Shown here: positions 1-9,487 of the stretch, piece after piece
How positions within the stretch are numbered: the stretch's first letter is position 1
Layout: each line of letters opens with the position of its first letter
DNA from: Bacillus subtilis subsp. subtilis str. 168
GTDB taxonomy: Bacteria > Bacillota > Bacilli > Bacillales > Bacillaceae
Reading direction: 5' to 3'
NCBI RefSeq assembly: GCF_000009045.1
Contig: NC_000964.3
Span: forward strand, 3,720,001-3,784,000
Length of the DNA: 64,000 bases
The notes under the pieces: generated by a model
What the model was told of the DNA's origin: nothing
Databases searched by the model: none
The model's input: only the letters and a program-made list of their open reading frames with translations
Made by a program: the position numbers and the translations under genes

Positions 1-711
1 ACTTGATACAGGCGCTGCCCACTCACCCCGATGCGCTTTAAAATCATCGATTGTCATGTAACTGCCGTTATTCTGTAAATGTGAGACAATCCGCTGAGCG
101 AGATCTCCTTCATAAAATGCGCTTCTTCCTTTTTCAGCAATCAAGTTCAGACTGTCTGCAAGCTCTTTTTGCACAAACCGCTCTCCCGGGACAGGTGCTT
201 TGCCCCTTCTCGTGAAGATGTCAGCCGTGTAAGGCGTGGAAGCCAGCAGTTCAATATTCTTTTCTGTGTGACGACACTGATCAGCTGATACAGGAAACCC
301 ATTTTGGGCATAATCGCGTGCGGGCTCCAATACATCTGCAAGAGACAGACGCCCGTACTCCTTCAGGACCGCATCCCAGCTATCAACCATTCCCGGCACG
401 GTAATAGCACTGTCAATTCCCCGCAGCGGAATCGCGCTTTTTCCCTTATATACATCTCTCGTTACGTTTTTTCCTGAACGGCCGCTGCCATTGTAGACTT
501 TTACTGCCTTTGTTTCCTGGTGAAAGGTCAGCCAAAAGGAATCCCCGCCAAGTCCGGTCATATGCGGGTACACAACCGCAAGACAAGCACTCACCGCAAC
601 AGCGGCGTCAAACGCGTTGCCTCCCTTATCCAGTATGCGGTTTCCGGCTTGAGAAGCGAGATAATGCGGACTGACGACCATTTGCTTTGTACCGATGACA
701 GATTTGTTCAT
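1..711 (-). CDS. ywrD: Gamma-glutamyltransferase-family protein, N-terminal part (runs off the left edge)
   Basis: Not in the ORF track. Translated by hand from the ATG at 711: MNKSVIGTKQMVVSPHYLASQAGNRIL...GGNAFDAAVAVSACLAVVYPHMTGLGGD, a typical GGT N-terminus. Frame stays open to position 1. Confidence 0.9.
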   Translation of the reverse strand, partial: MNKSVIGTKQMVVSPHYLASQAGNRILDKGGNAFDAAVAVSACLAVVYPHMTGLGGDSFWLTFHQETKAVKVYNGSGRSGKNVTRDVYKGKSAIPLRGIDSAITVPGMVDSWDAVLKEYGRLSLADVLEPARDYAQNGFPVSADQCRHTEKNIELLASTPYTADIFTRRGKAPVPGERFVQKELADSLNLIAEKGRSAFYEGDLAQRIVSHLQNNGSYMTIDDFKAHRGEWAAPVSS

Positions 712-924
712 CACAAGTCCCCTTTTTTAAGAAATTTTCTTCAGTATAGGGAGCCTGATTTTTCACATCTACTGATCCGGCAGAAAAACTGACGAACTTT
801 CTTCTTTTCGCAAATAATAAGATATTTTCGCATTCATTTCGAAAACAAATGAAAAATTATTATTTCTATACGTAACTTTTATGATAAAATGATTGCTAAA
901 AGGCTACGAAAGCAGGTGGAGCAA

Positions 925-1401
925 TTGAGTCATGAATATCAAATCCCCAACCTTGTACTTGATGAGACTGATAAACAAATTCTCACGATTTTGCATGAAG
1001 AAGGCAGAATTTCTTATACGGATCTTGGCAAAAGAGTCGATTTGTCACGGGTCGCCGTTCAGGCCCGTATCAACCAATTAATTGAAGCCGGTGTTATTGA
1101 AAAATTCACCGCTGTCATCAATCCCGCTAAAATCGGCATCCATGTTTCCGTGTTTTTCAATGTCGAGGTAGAACCGCAATTTTTAGAAGAGGTCGCTCTT
1201 AAGCTTGAGGAAGAGCCTGCGGTCACCAGCCTTTATCACATGACAGGCCCGAGCAAGCTGCATATGCATGGGATCTTTACCAACGATCAAGAAATGGAAG
1301 AATTCTTAACAAAACGGCTGTATCCATTGCGAGGCGTCGTCAGTGTTGATTGCCAGATGCTGATCAAACGATACAAAAGCCGTATGGGAATGAAGCTGTA
1401 A
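925..1401 (+). CDS. ywrC: Lrp/AsnC-family regulator of the chromate transporter operon (ChrS)
   Basis: [33 protein letters not shown] plus AsnC C-terminal domain. TTG start at 925 follows GCAGGTGGAG; the ORF-track start at 889 is too long. Confidence 0.9.
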
Positions 1402-1414
1402 AGGAGAGAAACAA

Positions 1415-2008
1415 ATGAAAAACCATCCTTATCGGGATATGACGGCCGCAATGGTTCGCACCGGCATATTAGGGTTCGGCGGCGGACCTTCCGTGATTCC
1501 GCTGATCCGCCATGAAGCGGTCAATAAATATAAATGGATTGACGATGATGAATTCGGAGAAATATTAGCAATCGCTAATGCGCTTCCCGGACCGATTGCC
1601 ACCAAAATGGCTGCTTATCTGGGCTTTAAGCTAAAAGGCACATTAGGTGCAATTGTGGCGATCCTCGCCCACATTCTGCCTACATGTCTTGCGATGGTGG
1701 GCTTGTTTGCGGCTGTAAATGTGTTAAGCCATTCAGCAATTGTTGCAGGTATGATTGGTGCCGTCACGCCGGTAATTGCGGTCATGCTCGGAATCATGGC
1801 GTACGAGTTTGGCCAAAAAGCGCTTAAAGGTTTCGGCTGGGTTACCGGCATCCTGTTTTTTATCATCGCTTTTATCGGCCTGCAAACTTTACAGATTAAT
1901 CCCGGCCTGGTCATTATCATTTTCTTAGCTTACGGGGCGTTTCATTTTAAACTGAAAGACAAAATCACAAATAAACATTCAAAAGATAAAGGAATGTCAG
2001 CCTCATGA
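1415..2008 (+). CDS. ywrB: Short-chain chromate transporter subunit (ChrB/Chr3N)
   Basis: CHR motifs GFGGGPSV and ANALPGPIATK; hydrophobic; RBS AAAGGAG. Confidence 0.9.
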   Translation: MKNHPYRDMTAAMVRTGILGFGGGPSVIPLIRHEAVNKYKWIDDDEFGEILAIANALPGPIATKMAAYLGFKLKGTLGAIVAILAHILPTCLAMVGLFAAVNVLSHSAIVAGMIGAVTPVIAVMLGIMAYEFGQKALKGFGWVTGILFFIIAFIGLQTLQINPGLVIIIFLAYGAFHFKLKDKITNKHSKDKGMSAS

Positions 2009-2541
2009 TATCGATCTATTTATTTATGGCGTTTTTTATCGCAAACCTACTGGGATATGGCGGCGGACCTGCGTCTATCCCGCTAATGTTTGAAGAAGTC
2101 GTAAACAGATACAGCTGGCTCTCAAACGATCAATTCTCAAATATGCTCGCACTTGCGAACGCATTGCCGGGCCCGATCGCCACGAAAATCGCTGCGTATG
2201 TCGGCTACAGCGCAGGCGGGTGGCCCGGCTTCCTAATTGCCCTGATCGCAACCGTCGTACCGTCGGCGCTCGCATTGATCGTCCTGCTGCGCATCATCCA
2301 GCGCTTCCGCCAATCACCTGTCATCAAAGGCATGACGCTGTCCGTCCAGCCTGTCATCGCGGTCATGATGCTCATTCTTACCTGGCAAATCGGCGCAGAC
2401 GGCATCAAAGCGATCGGCTGGGTCCAATCGATCGTGATTACGGGAATTTCGCTCCTTGCCATGACAAAATTCAAAATGCATCCGGCATTTTTGATTATTG
2501 CGGCGTTTTTATATGGGGGCCTTGTGATCCCTTATTTATAG
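2005..2541 (+). CDS. ywrA: Short-chain chromate transporter subunit (ChrA/Chr3C)
   Basis: GYGGGPASIP and ANALPGPIATK motifs; ATGA overlap with ywrB. Confidence 0.9.
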   Translation: MISIYLFMAFFIANLLGYGGGPASIPLMFEEVVNRYSWLSNDQFSNMLALANALPGPIATKIAAYVGYSAGGWPGFLIALIATVVPSALALIVLLRIIQRFRQSPVIKGMTLSVQPVIAVMMLILTWQIGADGIKAIGWVQSIVITGISLLAMTKFKMHPAFLIIAAFLYGGLVIPYL

Positions 2542-2569
2542 AAAAAAGCACCTGGACAGGTGCTTTTTT
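2542..2569. terminator. Bidirectional intrinsic terminator, ywrA/ywqO
   Basis: AAAAAAGCACCT-GGAC-AGGTGCTTTTTT between convergent genes. Confidence 0.85.
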
Positions 2570-2789
2570 ATTTTAGCCCAGAAATGCCGTTTGATATGAC
2601 AGCTGTTTCTTCTCCTGCGTCACTCTTGATCATGTGCTTGACTTGCAGCGTGGTTCCTGCCATTCTCACAGATTGCTTCAACTGGGACGAATTGGTTTCA
2701 ACTTGTATCCAAACAGGAGGCTGGACCTTCCAAAATAAATAGAGTGCAAGAATCAGCAAGCCAGCAATGACCGACAGCAAAAACTTCAT
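2568..2789 (-). CDS. ywqO: Small protein of unknown function with an N-terminal transmembrane segment
   Basis: 73 aa; hydrophobic N-terminus; ATGA overlap with ywqN. Confidence 0.75.
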   Translation of the reverse strand: MKFLLSVIAGLLILALYLFWKVQPPVWIQVETNSSQLKQSVRMAGTTLQVKHMIKSDAGEETAVISNGISGLK

Positions 2790-3331
2790 ATCGCATCGCT
2801 TCTTTTCAGTAAGCGGCTCGCAGCGGACAGCGCCTGATGATCACGAAGAATATCGCCTGGACGATTGCCTTCTCCCAGCACATAGCCTTTAAAGGACATT
2901 CCCATAAAATGAAAAATATGTTCGAATTGCTGAATCAGCGGCAGCCCTTTTATTTTTGGATTGTCTCCGCCCACTGCTATTACATATGCCTGTTTCACTG
3001 ACATTTGCTGTTTAAAATCAGGAAATCTCGGATCTCTCAACGTCTGTGACCAGCGATCAATAAACAGCTTTAATGTCCCTGACATGCCAAACCAATAAAT
3101 TGGGGTGGCGAATATAAGAATATGGCACTGCAATATCCGTTCAATGATAGAATCGTAGTCATCTTGAACAGGACGAAAGCCGCCTTGGGCGTGACGCAGA
3201 TCTTCAATTGGTTGAATTGGATATTTCTGCAAATAAATGTGCTCCGCATCGAATCCTTGAACAGCCTTCTCCGCAAGAACATCCGTATTTCCGCCAGACC
3301 GAGTTCCGCCGTTAATAACCGCAATTTTCAT
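2786..3331 (-). CDS. ywqN: Flavodoxin-like NAD(P)H-dependent FMN reductase
   Basis: MKIAVINGGTRSGGNT and ATPIYWFGMSGTLKLFIDR motifs; start at 3331 follows AAAGGAG. Confidence 0.88.
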   Translation of the reverse strand: MKIAVINGGTRSGGNTDVLAEKAVQGFDAEHIYLQKYPIQPIEDLRHAQGGFRPVQDDYDSIIERILQCHILIFATPIYWFGMSGTLKLFIDRWSQTLRDPRFPDFKQQMSVKQAYVIAVGGDNPKIKGLPLIQQFEHIFHFMGMSFKGYVLGEGNRPGDILRDHQALSAASRLLKRSDAI

Positions 3332-3418
3332 GATGCATCTGCTCCTTTGTTTACGAATGATTTTCTTCATCATATAATGGATTCATCAATCAATACAGAT
3401 GATTATTTCGATTAATCC

Positions 3419-3435
3419 AATCGCTAAAACCGATT
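3419..3435. promoter_or_regulatory. Candidate LysR operator (T-N11-A dyad)
   Basis: AATCG-N7-CGATT between divergent ywqN and ywqM. Confidence 0.45.
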
Positions 3436-3453
3436 TAGAAAGGAAGAGAACAA

Positions 3454-4335
3454 GTGGAATTGAAGCAGCTGATCACCTTTATTACGGCGGCTGAACATGT
3501 AAACTTCACCCTAACCGCCAAAATGCTTAATTATGCACAATCAAGCGTTACCTCTCAGATCAAATCACTTGAAGAAGAAATCGGAACGCCTTTATTTGAA
3601 CGGCTCGGCAAGCGGCTTATCTTGACAGAAGCAGGAAAAACGTTCAAATCTTATGCACAGAAGATCATTGCGTTAACAGAAGAAGCGAAAATGGCCACAA
3701 ATCAAGTAAGAGAAACAACCGGAACCTTAAAAATCGGGGCGACGGAAAGCCAGTGCACATACCGCCTGCCCCCTATCATAAAAGAATTTAAACAGGCTTT
3801 TCCCCAAGTAAAGCTCATATTCAAACCATATATCTCCAATGAACAAGCGAAAGAACAGCTCTTACAGGGCCAGCTTGATATCACCTTCATCTTGGATGTA
3901 AACCGGATGGAAGACGCACTGCACGTTGAATCTTTGATTCAGGATGAGATCAAAATGGTGGCTGCTAATGACCATCCTTTTCCTGCGGATTTACCAGTAA
4001 CATTGAAGGATCTTCAAAACGAAACTCTTCTGCTGACAGAGGACGGCTGCTCGTACCGCACGCTCTTTGAGAACAATTTGCATGACTCCGGTATCTATCC
4101 TAACAAATTGGAATTCGTCAGCATAGAAGCCATCAAACAATGCGTGATGGCCGGACTTGGGATTGGAATCTTGCCTGAAATGACAGTAAAAGATGATATT
4201 GCAGCAGGCCGGATGAAAGAACTCAATTGGCAGAGCGATTGCCCCGTTTTCACTCAATTAGCATGGCATAAGGACAAGTGGATGTCTGCGCCATTAAAGG
4301 CTTTTATCGATTTGACACGGAAAACATTCAAATAA
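3454..4335 (+). CDS. ywqM: LysR-family transcriptional regulator
   Basis: HTH NFTLTAKMLNYAQSSVTSQIKSLEEEIGTPLFER; 293 aa; GTG start. Confidence 0.92.
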   Translation: MELKQLITFITAAEHVNFTLTAKMLNYAQSSVTSQIKSLEEEIGTPLFERLGKRLILTEAGKTFKSYAQKIIALTEEAKMATNQVRETTGTLKIGATESQCTYRLPPIIKEFKQAFPQVKLIFKPYISNEQAKEQLLQGQLDITFILDVNRMEDALHVESLIQDEIKMVAANDHPFPADLPVTLKDLQNETLLLTEDGCSYRTLFENNLHDSGIYPNKLEFVSIEAIKQCVMAGLGIGILPEMTVKDDIAAGRMKELNWQSDCPVFTQLAWHKDKWMSAPLKAFIDLTRKTFK

Positions 4336-4391
4336 AACCTCTCCACAAGGACGACAAGGTTTTTGAGACCAGGGCACACACATACAAAAAA

Positions 4392-4421
4392 AACACTTGA
4401 TGACTTAGAGCCCCAAGTGTT
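4392..4421 (-). terminator. Terminator of the ywqH-nfi operon
   Basis: AACACTTG...CAAGTGTT stem followed by a T-run on the minus strand. Confidence 0.65.
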
Positions 4422-5136
4422 ACACGTGATTTTTCTGATAAAACGTTCGCAAAACATGCGTCTCAAGGTCAGCCAGGCGGACAGGGATCGGCAGCCTGCT
4501 TTCTTGATTGATCAAGCTCATCGTGATCTGATAGCTGCTGTCTAAATCAATATAATTACCGCAAGACAAGAAAATAGGCTTCACGTCCCGCCGCGTTCGC
4601 AGCGCCCGTCCATATACCTCGCCGTCAATGATAATATCGGTGTATGCGCCTACTTCAATTTCAGGCGTCACGAAATCGCAGCCTTTGATTTTGAGATAGG
4701 TTTTCGCTATCCCAATCGTCGGCTTGCCCAGAAAAAAAGCCGCATGGGTGGCAACGCCCATATGATTGTAATGCAGATATCCGTTGCCATCAAACAAGAA
4801 GACATCCGGCTCCGTCTCCAGCTTTTTCGCCGCCTCGATGATCAAGGGCAGCTCGCGAAACGCAAGAAAACCGGAAACATACGGCACGCTGATTCTCCCC
4901 ATGCTGTGCACTTTTTCAATGACTTCTTTTGTATCAGCGTCAATTACGATAATACAGCACACTCCGTATGGTTCTCCATCCTGCTCCCAATAGGCCAGGT
5001 CGACGCCTGCGCAGGTGTTGATGGAGTCTGGATGGATCGTGGGGGATAGGTTGATACGATTTTTAAGGTTAAATTGCACTTGTAAAAAGTCTTGTTCCTT
5101 TTTCATATCAAATTTATGCACATCAAATACCTTCAT
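4420..5136 (-). CDS. nfi: Endonuclease V (deoxyinosine 3' endonuclease)
   Basis: AGVDLAY, YVSGFLAFRELP, FDGNGYLH, PTIGIAK and SRLPIPVRLAD are EndoV motifs. Confidence 0.95.
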   Translation of the reverse strand: MKVFDVHKFDMKKEQDFLQVQFNLKNRINLSPTIHPDSINTCAGVDLAYWEQDGEPYGVCCIIVIDADTKEVIEKVHSMGRISVPYVSGFLAFRELPLIIEAAKKLETEPDVFLFDGNGYLHYNHMGVATHAAFFLGKPTIGIAKTYLKIKGCDFVTPEIEVGAYTDIIIDGEVYGRALRTRRDVKPIFLSCGNYIDLDSSYQITMSLINQESRLPIPVRLADLETHVLRTFYQKNHV

Positions 5137-5145
5137 AACGATTGC

Positions 5146-5610
5146 TCACTCTCGACCTAAATTAATGTGAGTCTCTCTTCTCGATTCTAGTATTTCAAAA
5201 TGAGGACTATCTGTATCTATCTCGTACTTATTTAATAGATTGCCTTCTTCATCCCAATTCTTTTCAGAAATTAGTATGGAATGCTCATACTGTTGCTCAC
5301 TTTTTTTCCTGCCATTTTCAAACCAAATTATGCTTATACCGTGCAATTGCCCATATCGGTATTCTTTTTCACTTTTTTTATTCCCGTTTTCATAAAATTC
5401 ACATGTTAAACCATGGGCCAGACCATTCTTATATTTAGTAAAATAGATGATTTGACCATTTGGATATAATTCGTAAGCCAGCCCTGTAAACGGCTGGCCA
5501 TTTTCGTCTTCAGGATTATCTAAAATCTCATCACTTACCGAAGAGAACCATAAATCCTCAAAGTCCACTCCCTTTTCTTTTATACTCTTCATATCATATT
5601 CATTTTCCAT
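5146..5610 (-). CDS. ywqK: Immunity protein of the YwqJ toxin (MORN-like repeats)
   Basis: Acidic protein with repeats such as YENGNKKSEKEYRYGQLHG; overlaps the toxin stop by 11 nt. Confidence 0.85.
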   Translation of the reverse strand: MENEYDMKSIKEKGVDFEDLWFSSVSDEILDNPEDENGQPFTGLAYELYPNGQIIYFTKYKNGLAHGLTCEFYENGNKKSEKEYRYGQLHGISIIWFENGRKKSEQQYEHSILISEKNWDEEGNLLNKYEIDTDSPHFEILESRRETHINLGRE

Positions 5611-7408
5611 ACTTTAAAGCCTCCGGTATATAATTTGTATTTTGAGTTATATATTCACAATGTGGACATCTAGGCATTGGGACACCTTCTGGCATCTTTT
5701 TATTTATTTTCCTAGCACTTACTACATATACCATTAAATCTTTTAAATCCGCATCAGGTCTTTGAAGTAACGCTTCATTTAGAGCATTAACTTCGGCATG
5801 AGAACCCGCCCCTGACGTCTTTATATAACCTTCTTTAAGTTCTGTAGGCATATTTACAATTCTATCATGAATAAGTGGATGTAGTACCTTAGGTGGCTTC
5901 CCATCTATATTGTTTATTCCAAAATAATAATTGCCTGTTTTTTTGTCCAATACACCAGCTACCGCAGGGCCTCTTTGTTTTTTAGTTAGACCAGAAGATT
6001 TAATTCTACTAAGTTCGTTTAGTACTTCTGCCCTTAGATTTATTCGATGGTGAAGATCTTCTTTAGACAATACACCATGCTTATTTCTTAAATATTGAAG
6101 CCTAGTTTGTTTTTCTTCAGTAGTCTTAGCAATATTGCTAATAAGGCTTTCATTACTCACTTTATTGACATATGGAGCATTTTTTTGGTACAACCGATCA
6201 AAGTAGTGTGCCAATCCTGCTCCACCAATAATAGTAATAGCTTCCAGCGCCCCTTGCTTCCGCTTCTCCTCAGACACTTTGTTTCCGAACATATCCCGGC
6301 CTGTGACAGCTTCTGAGAATCCGTTTGACGCAACAAGGCCGTATGCGCCCATTTCTGTCATTTTGAGAATGTCTAAGGATTTGCCTGTTTTGTAGGCGTC
6401 TAATGCGTGTTCAGCAGCGATAGCTGCTTTTCCGGTTTTGTAGATGGCTTTTCCGCCTTTGAAGGCCCGGCCTGCCCAGCCGACGACTGGTATGAATCCG
6501 GCAGCGGCCATAGCTCCTGCTGTCACACGCTCCGCGGTGGAGAGTTTTTCTCCGGTAACCGGATCAACGCCTTCGGTTGCTCTTTTATAATCATAATAGC
6601 CAGTGACTTCTCCAGTAAAGTTGCAAACTCCATCCCATGTTTTTTCGTACCACGGTTTGTTTGCTTCTTCCTCGGCTTTTTCCTGGAGCCGTCTTGCTTC
6701 TGCTTGCTGGGTTTTTGCATCGATATAGGTTGTTCCTTGATTTTCTACTTCAATGACGCTTTTGTAGACTTCATTGCTGTGGAAGGCTTTTTTGTCATAG
6801 TACATAGGGGATGCGCTCTTCCCATTGCTGGTGGCCTGCATGAGAACAGAATATTTGGTGAGCACTGCGTTGTCCAGAGATTCTAAATTTTGATATTCAG
6901 TGGTCAGGGATTCATCAAGCTTATCGACAGCTGTGATTGTATCACGTCTGATTTTTTGGGCATCGCCCATCTTATCTGCATAGTCGTCAAGCGTGTACAT
7001 GTCGAGATCAATAATATCGCTGATGCCTGACAAAATAGAATCGATTTCTTCTTTATGAGCGGAGACAATCTCTGAGGCTTTCAGGTCTCCATTGGGCAGC
7101 TCATGATCCAAAAAAGAAGTTTCCACATATGAATCATTCAGTTCTTGATCTTTAATATCTCCTGAAATGCCGTTTAAAAACGCAATTTGAGCAGAGACAA
7201 GCGTCAGCCAGCTGTCTACGATTTCTGCCTGTCCCTGAAAAAAATCTTTAATATTGTCCGCGCCATTTCCTTTAAAATTATCGCCTAAATCGGCAACTCC
7301 CTGAAACGCTTTTTTCAGCGTATTCAGCTGCTCTTCAAGCGTCTCATATTGCTTTTTTCTGCTCTTCGCTTCTTCGATTAAAGATTTTGATTCAAATACT
7401 TTACTCAT
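5600..7408 (-). CDS. ywqJ: LXG polymorphic toxin (type VIIb substrate) with pre-toxin TG region and C-terminal deaminase-like domain
   Basis: N-terminal LXG region (LGDNFKGNGADNIKDFF); central GVDPVTGEKLS..ERV; C-terminal HAEVNALN...PRCPHC zinc-deaminase motif. Confidence 0.92.
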   Translation of the reverse strand: MSKVFESKSLIEEAKSRKKQYETLEEQLNTLKKAFQGVADLGDNFKGNGADNIKDFFQGQAEIVDSWLTLVSAQIAFLNGISGDIKDQELNDSYVETSFLDHELPNGDLKASEIVSAHKEEIDSILSGISDIIDLDMYTLDDYADKMGDAQKIRRDTITAVDKLDESLTTEYQNLESLDNAVLTKYSVLMQATSNGKSASPMYYDKKAFHSNEVYKSVIEVENQGTTYIDAKTQQAEARRLQEKAEEEANKPWYEKTWDGVCNFTGEVTGYYDYKRATEGVDPVTGEKLSTAERVTAGAMAAAGFIPVVGWAGRAFKGGKAIYKTGKAAIAAEHALDAYKTGKSLDILKMTEMGAYGLVASNGFSEAVTGRDMFGNKVSEEKRKQGALEAITIIGGAGLAHYFDRLYQKNAPYVNKVSNESLISNIAKTTEEKQTRLQYLRNKHGVLSKEDLHHRINLRAEVLNELSRIKSSGLTKKQRGPAVAGVLDKKTGNYYFGINNIDGKPPKVLHPLIHDRIVNMPTELKEGYIKTSGAGSHAEVNALNEALLQRPDADLKDLMVYVVSARKINKKMPEGVPMPRCPHCEYITQNTNYIPEALKYGK

Positions 7409-7426
7409 CGCACTGCCCTTTCTGTT

Positions 7427-7687
7427 CTATTTTACCGCTATCGCCTCGTCCTGCTCTTTGAGTGAATCTACGTTATCCTTTGTATCCTCGATATTTTTCT
7501 GTACCGCTTTTTTGTAATCTCCGAGCATGGTTTTGATGTTCTCCTCACGCTCATGGTATTTTTTCGTATAATCGAGGCTGTTTTTTCCGTTGGATCCTGC
7601 GGCGCCGATTGATACGTCAGCAAGCGCATCTTTGACAGAATCTAATGTTTTGATGACTGTGTCGTACTTCAGCTTAATTTCTGACAT
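7427..7687 (-). CDS. ywqI: Small helical LXG-accessory (WXG100-like) protein
   Basis: 86 aa, helical, directly upstream of the LXG toxin. Confidence 0.8.
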   Translation of the reverse strand: MSEIKLKYDTVIKTLDSVKDALADVSIGAAGSNGKNSLDYTKKYHEREENIKTMLGDYKKAVQKNIEDTKDNVDSLKEQDEAIAVK

Positions 7688-7696
7688 AAAAAAAGA

Positions 7697-8119
7697 TCAC
7701 CACCATTTTAGTTTACTAATTGTATTTCCGACTTCTTCCGCGAACTCTTCTCCCTTTTTAAGAAGATCTGCTGCACCATTTGCTATGAACAATTCCGATG
7801 CATATTTAGCTTTATCCCATTCAAGATCAAAAATTTTCCCGTTAATCGAAGCCATATACTCGTTATATTTATCATTCACAATCTTAGATGCTTCCGATTT
7901 CGCCTCTTCTCTTCCCTTGTCGAAATCATCGGCTTTTGTTCCCGTCCAATGCTTGCCCAATTCCGGTTTCACAATTTCTTTGATTTCAGTGATTGCCTCT
8001 TCTTGCAGTGTGTCTATGTCCTTTTTTGCTTTTTTCAGCTTTTCGATCTTGTCTTCCACGTCTGAAATTTTTCCGTTGAGCGAACTTTTGATATCCGCTA
8101 GCATACTTTCATAACCCAT
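7697..8119 (-). CDS. ywqH: LXG-accessory coiled-coil protein
   Basis: 140 aa from the ATG after GAGGTGA; WTG motif (HWTGTKADDF). Confidence 0.8.
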   Translation of the reverse strand: MGYESMLADIKSSLNGKISDVEDKIEKLKKAKKDIDTLQEEAITEIKEIVKPELGKHWTGTKADDFDKGREEAKSEASKIVNDKYNEYMASINGKIFDLEWDKAKYASELFIANGAADLLKKGEEFAEEVGNTISKLKWW

Positions 8120-8365
8120 CTGAATCACCTCTTAATACTCAAAAAGTCGTATGGAGGGGCTGATGAAGATAGACTTTTCCATACTTTATTTCCATATATT
8201 ATATTTTAAAATAGCCAGAAGGCGGCTTAAATAGGGTAAATGGCTTAATTTAGGCATATAACGCTCTTGAAATGTAGGTATTTGATCTTGTTTTTGTTCG
8301 TTATACAGCTAATAAAAGCGTTTTATAAAATGAAATCACCTAATGTCATAGTTATAAAGGCACTT

Positions 8366-8398
8366 GAAAGAGGCAGATGTTGTTGATCTGCCTCTTTC
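8366..8398 (-). terminator. Stem-loop downstream of ywqG
   Basis: Perfect 13-bp stem GAAAGAGGCAGAT/ATCTGCCTCTTTC; only a short U-tract. Confidence 0.55.
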
Positions 8399-8510
8399 GG
8401 CGCTGAGCTTATTGTTCATGTTTATGTTCTTCATCTGGTCGGCCATGTCTGATTTTGTCATTTGGCTTCTATTATTCCCCCCTTCTGACCCTTTGGATCA
8501 AAAGCTTGTA

Positions 8511-9296
8511 TTAGCTGCAGTCCCAGTTGTACAGAACGTTTGAAAAGTCTTTTTTCCTTAGATCTTCAGGTGTGATGAAAAAATTGGCGATGCCGACGTC
8601 TCCCCACATTGAATCGATATCATCGTCTGAATCAATTTGTAACAGCATGATGGTGTGTTCTTTATATGCGTATTCCCGGGGATCATGCTGGGTAAAAGAA
8701 GCGTATCCGCCAATTTTATGGCCAAATCCGTTTTCAGCCAGTTCATTATAAATGTCTTCTTCATCCTCGCCGAACTGACCAAAGAACTCCATTGTTTCCA
8801 TGCCCGTATACTGCTCAAATTGAAAATCTGTAGGCAGCACCCATTCCGAAGATTTCACAGGCTCGACTGCCGCTTCTGATAAAATCGGAAAATCACATTC
8901 GCCTGTGCCAATAAATGAAAAATCAGAAACAAGCTCGTCATCGTTTTCTACGATATTTTCAAAATAGATCACTCTGAAATTCTTTTGTTCACATCGATCG
9001 TCAAAATTCAATCCATAGACGTCATCATGAACAGAAATGTAGAACTGCAGGATACCTGAAGAAGGGTAGCCGTCAAGCTGGGGAATGTGCGAGAAATTAA
9101 TCTGCGCCAGAAGTTTCATCGGCTGTCCATTTTCGTCAGTCGGATATGTTTCATGCTTGGGGAAATAGGGATCACCGGCAATTTTGCTGTCATATCGTCC
9201 TGTTTTCCCCTTTCTCACATTCAGTTTCACGTATTCTTTCGCTGATTTCTCCAGCAAGTCGCGGTACGGTCTCATTTTTTCGGGCAGATGATTCAT
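8511..9296 (-). CDS. ywqG: YwqG/DUF1963-family protein
   Basis: [29 protein letters not shown] and [12 protein letters not shown] motifs. Confidence 0.85.
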
Positions 9297-9450
9297 CAGA
9301 TTCTCTCCTTTTCCGGCATCTCCAAGGTTTTATTTTCTGGTTTTCTTCTAATGTTTTTCAAACGAATGTTTAAAGAAGCCCTACTTCTGCATAATTTTCC
9401 AAACAATAGTTAAATAGTAGCAAATGTATTCAGCACCCCGCAATAGATGA

Positions 9451-9476
9451 AAAAAAGACTGGTGCGCAACCAGCCT
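9451..9476 (-). terminator. ugd terminator
   Basis: Minus strand AGGCTGGT-TGCGC-ACCAGTCT followed by a T-run. Confidence 0.65.
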
Positions 9477-9487
9477 TTCTTTTTCAT

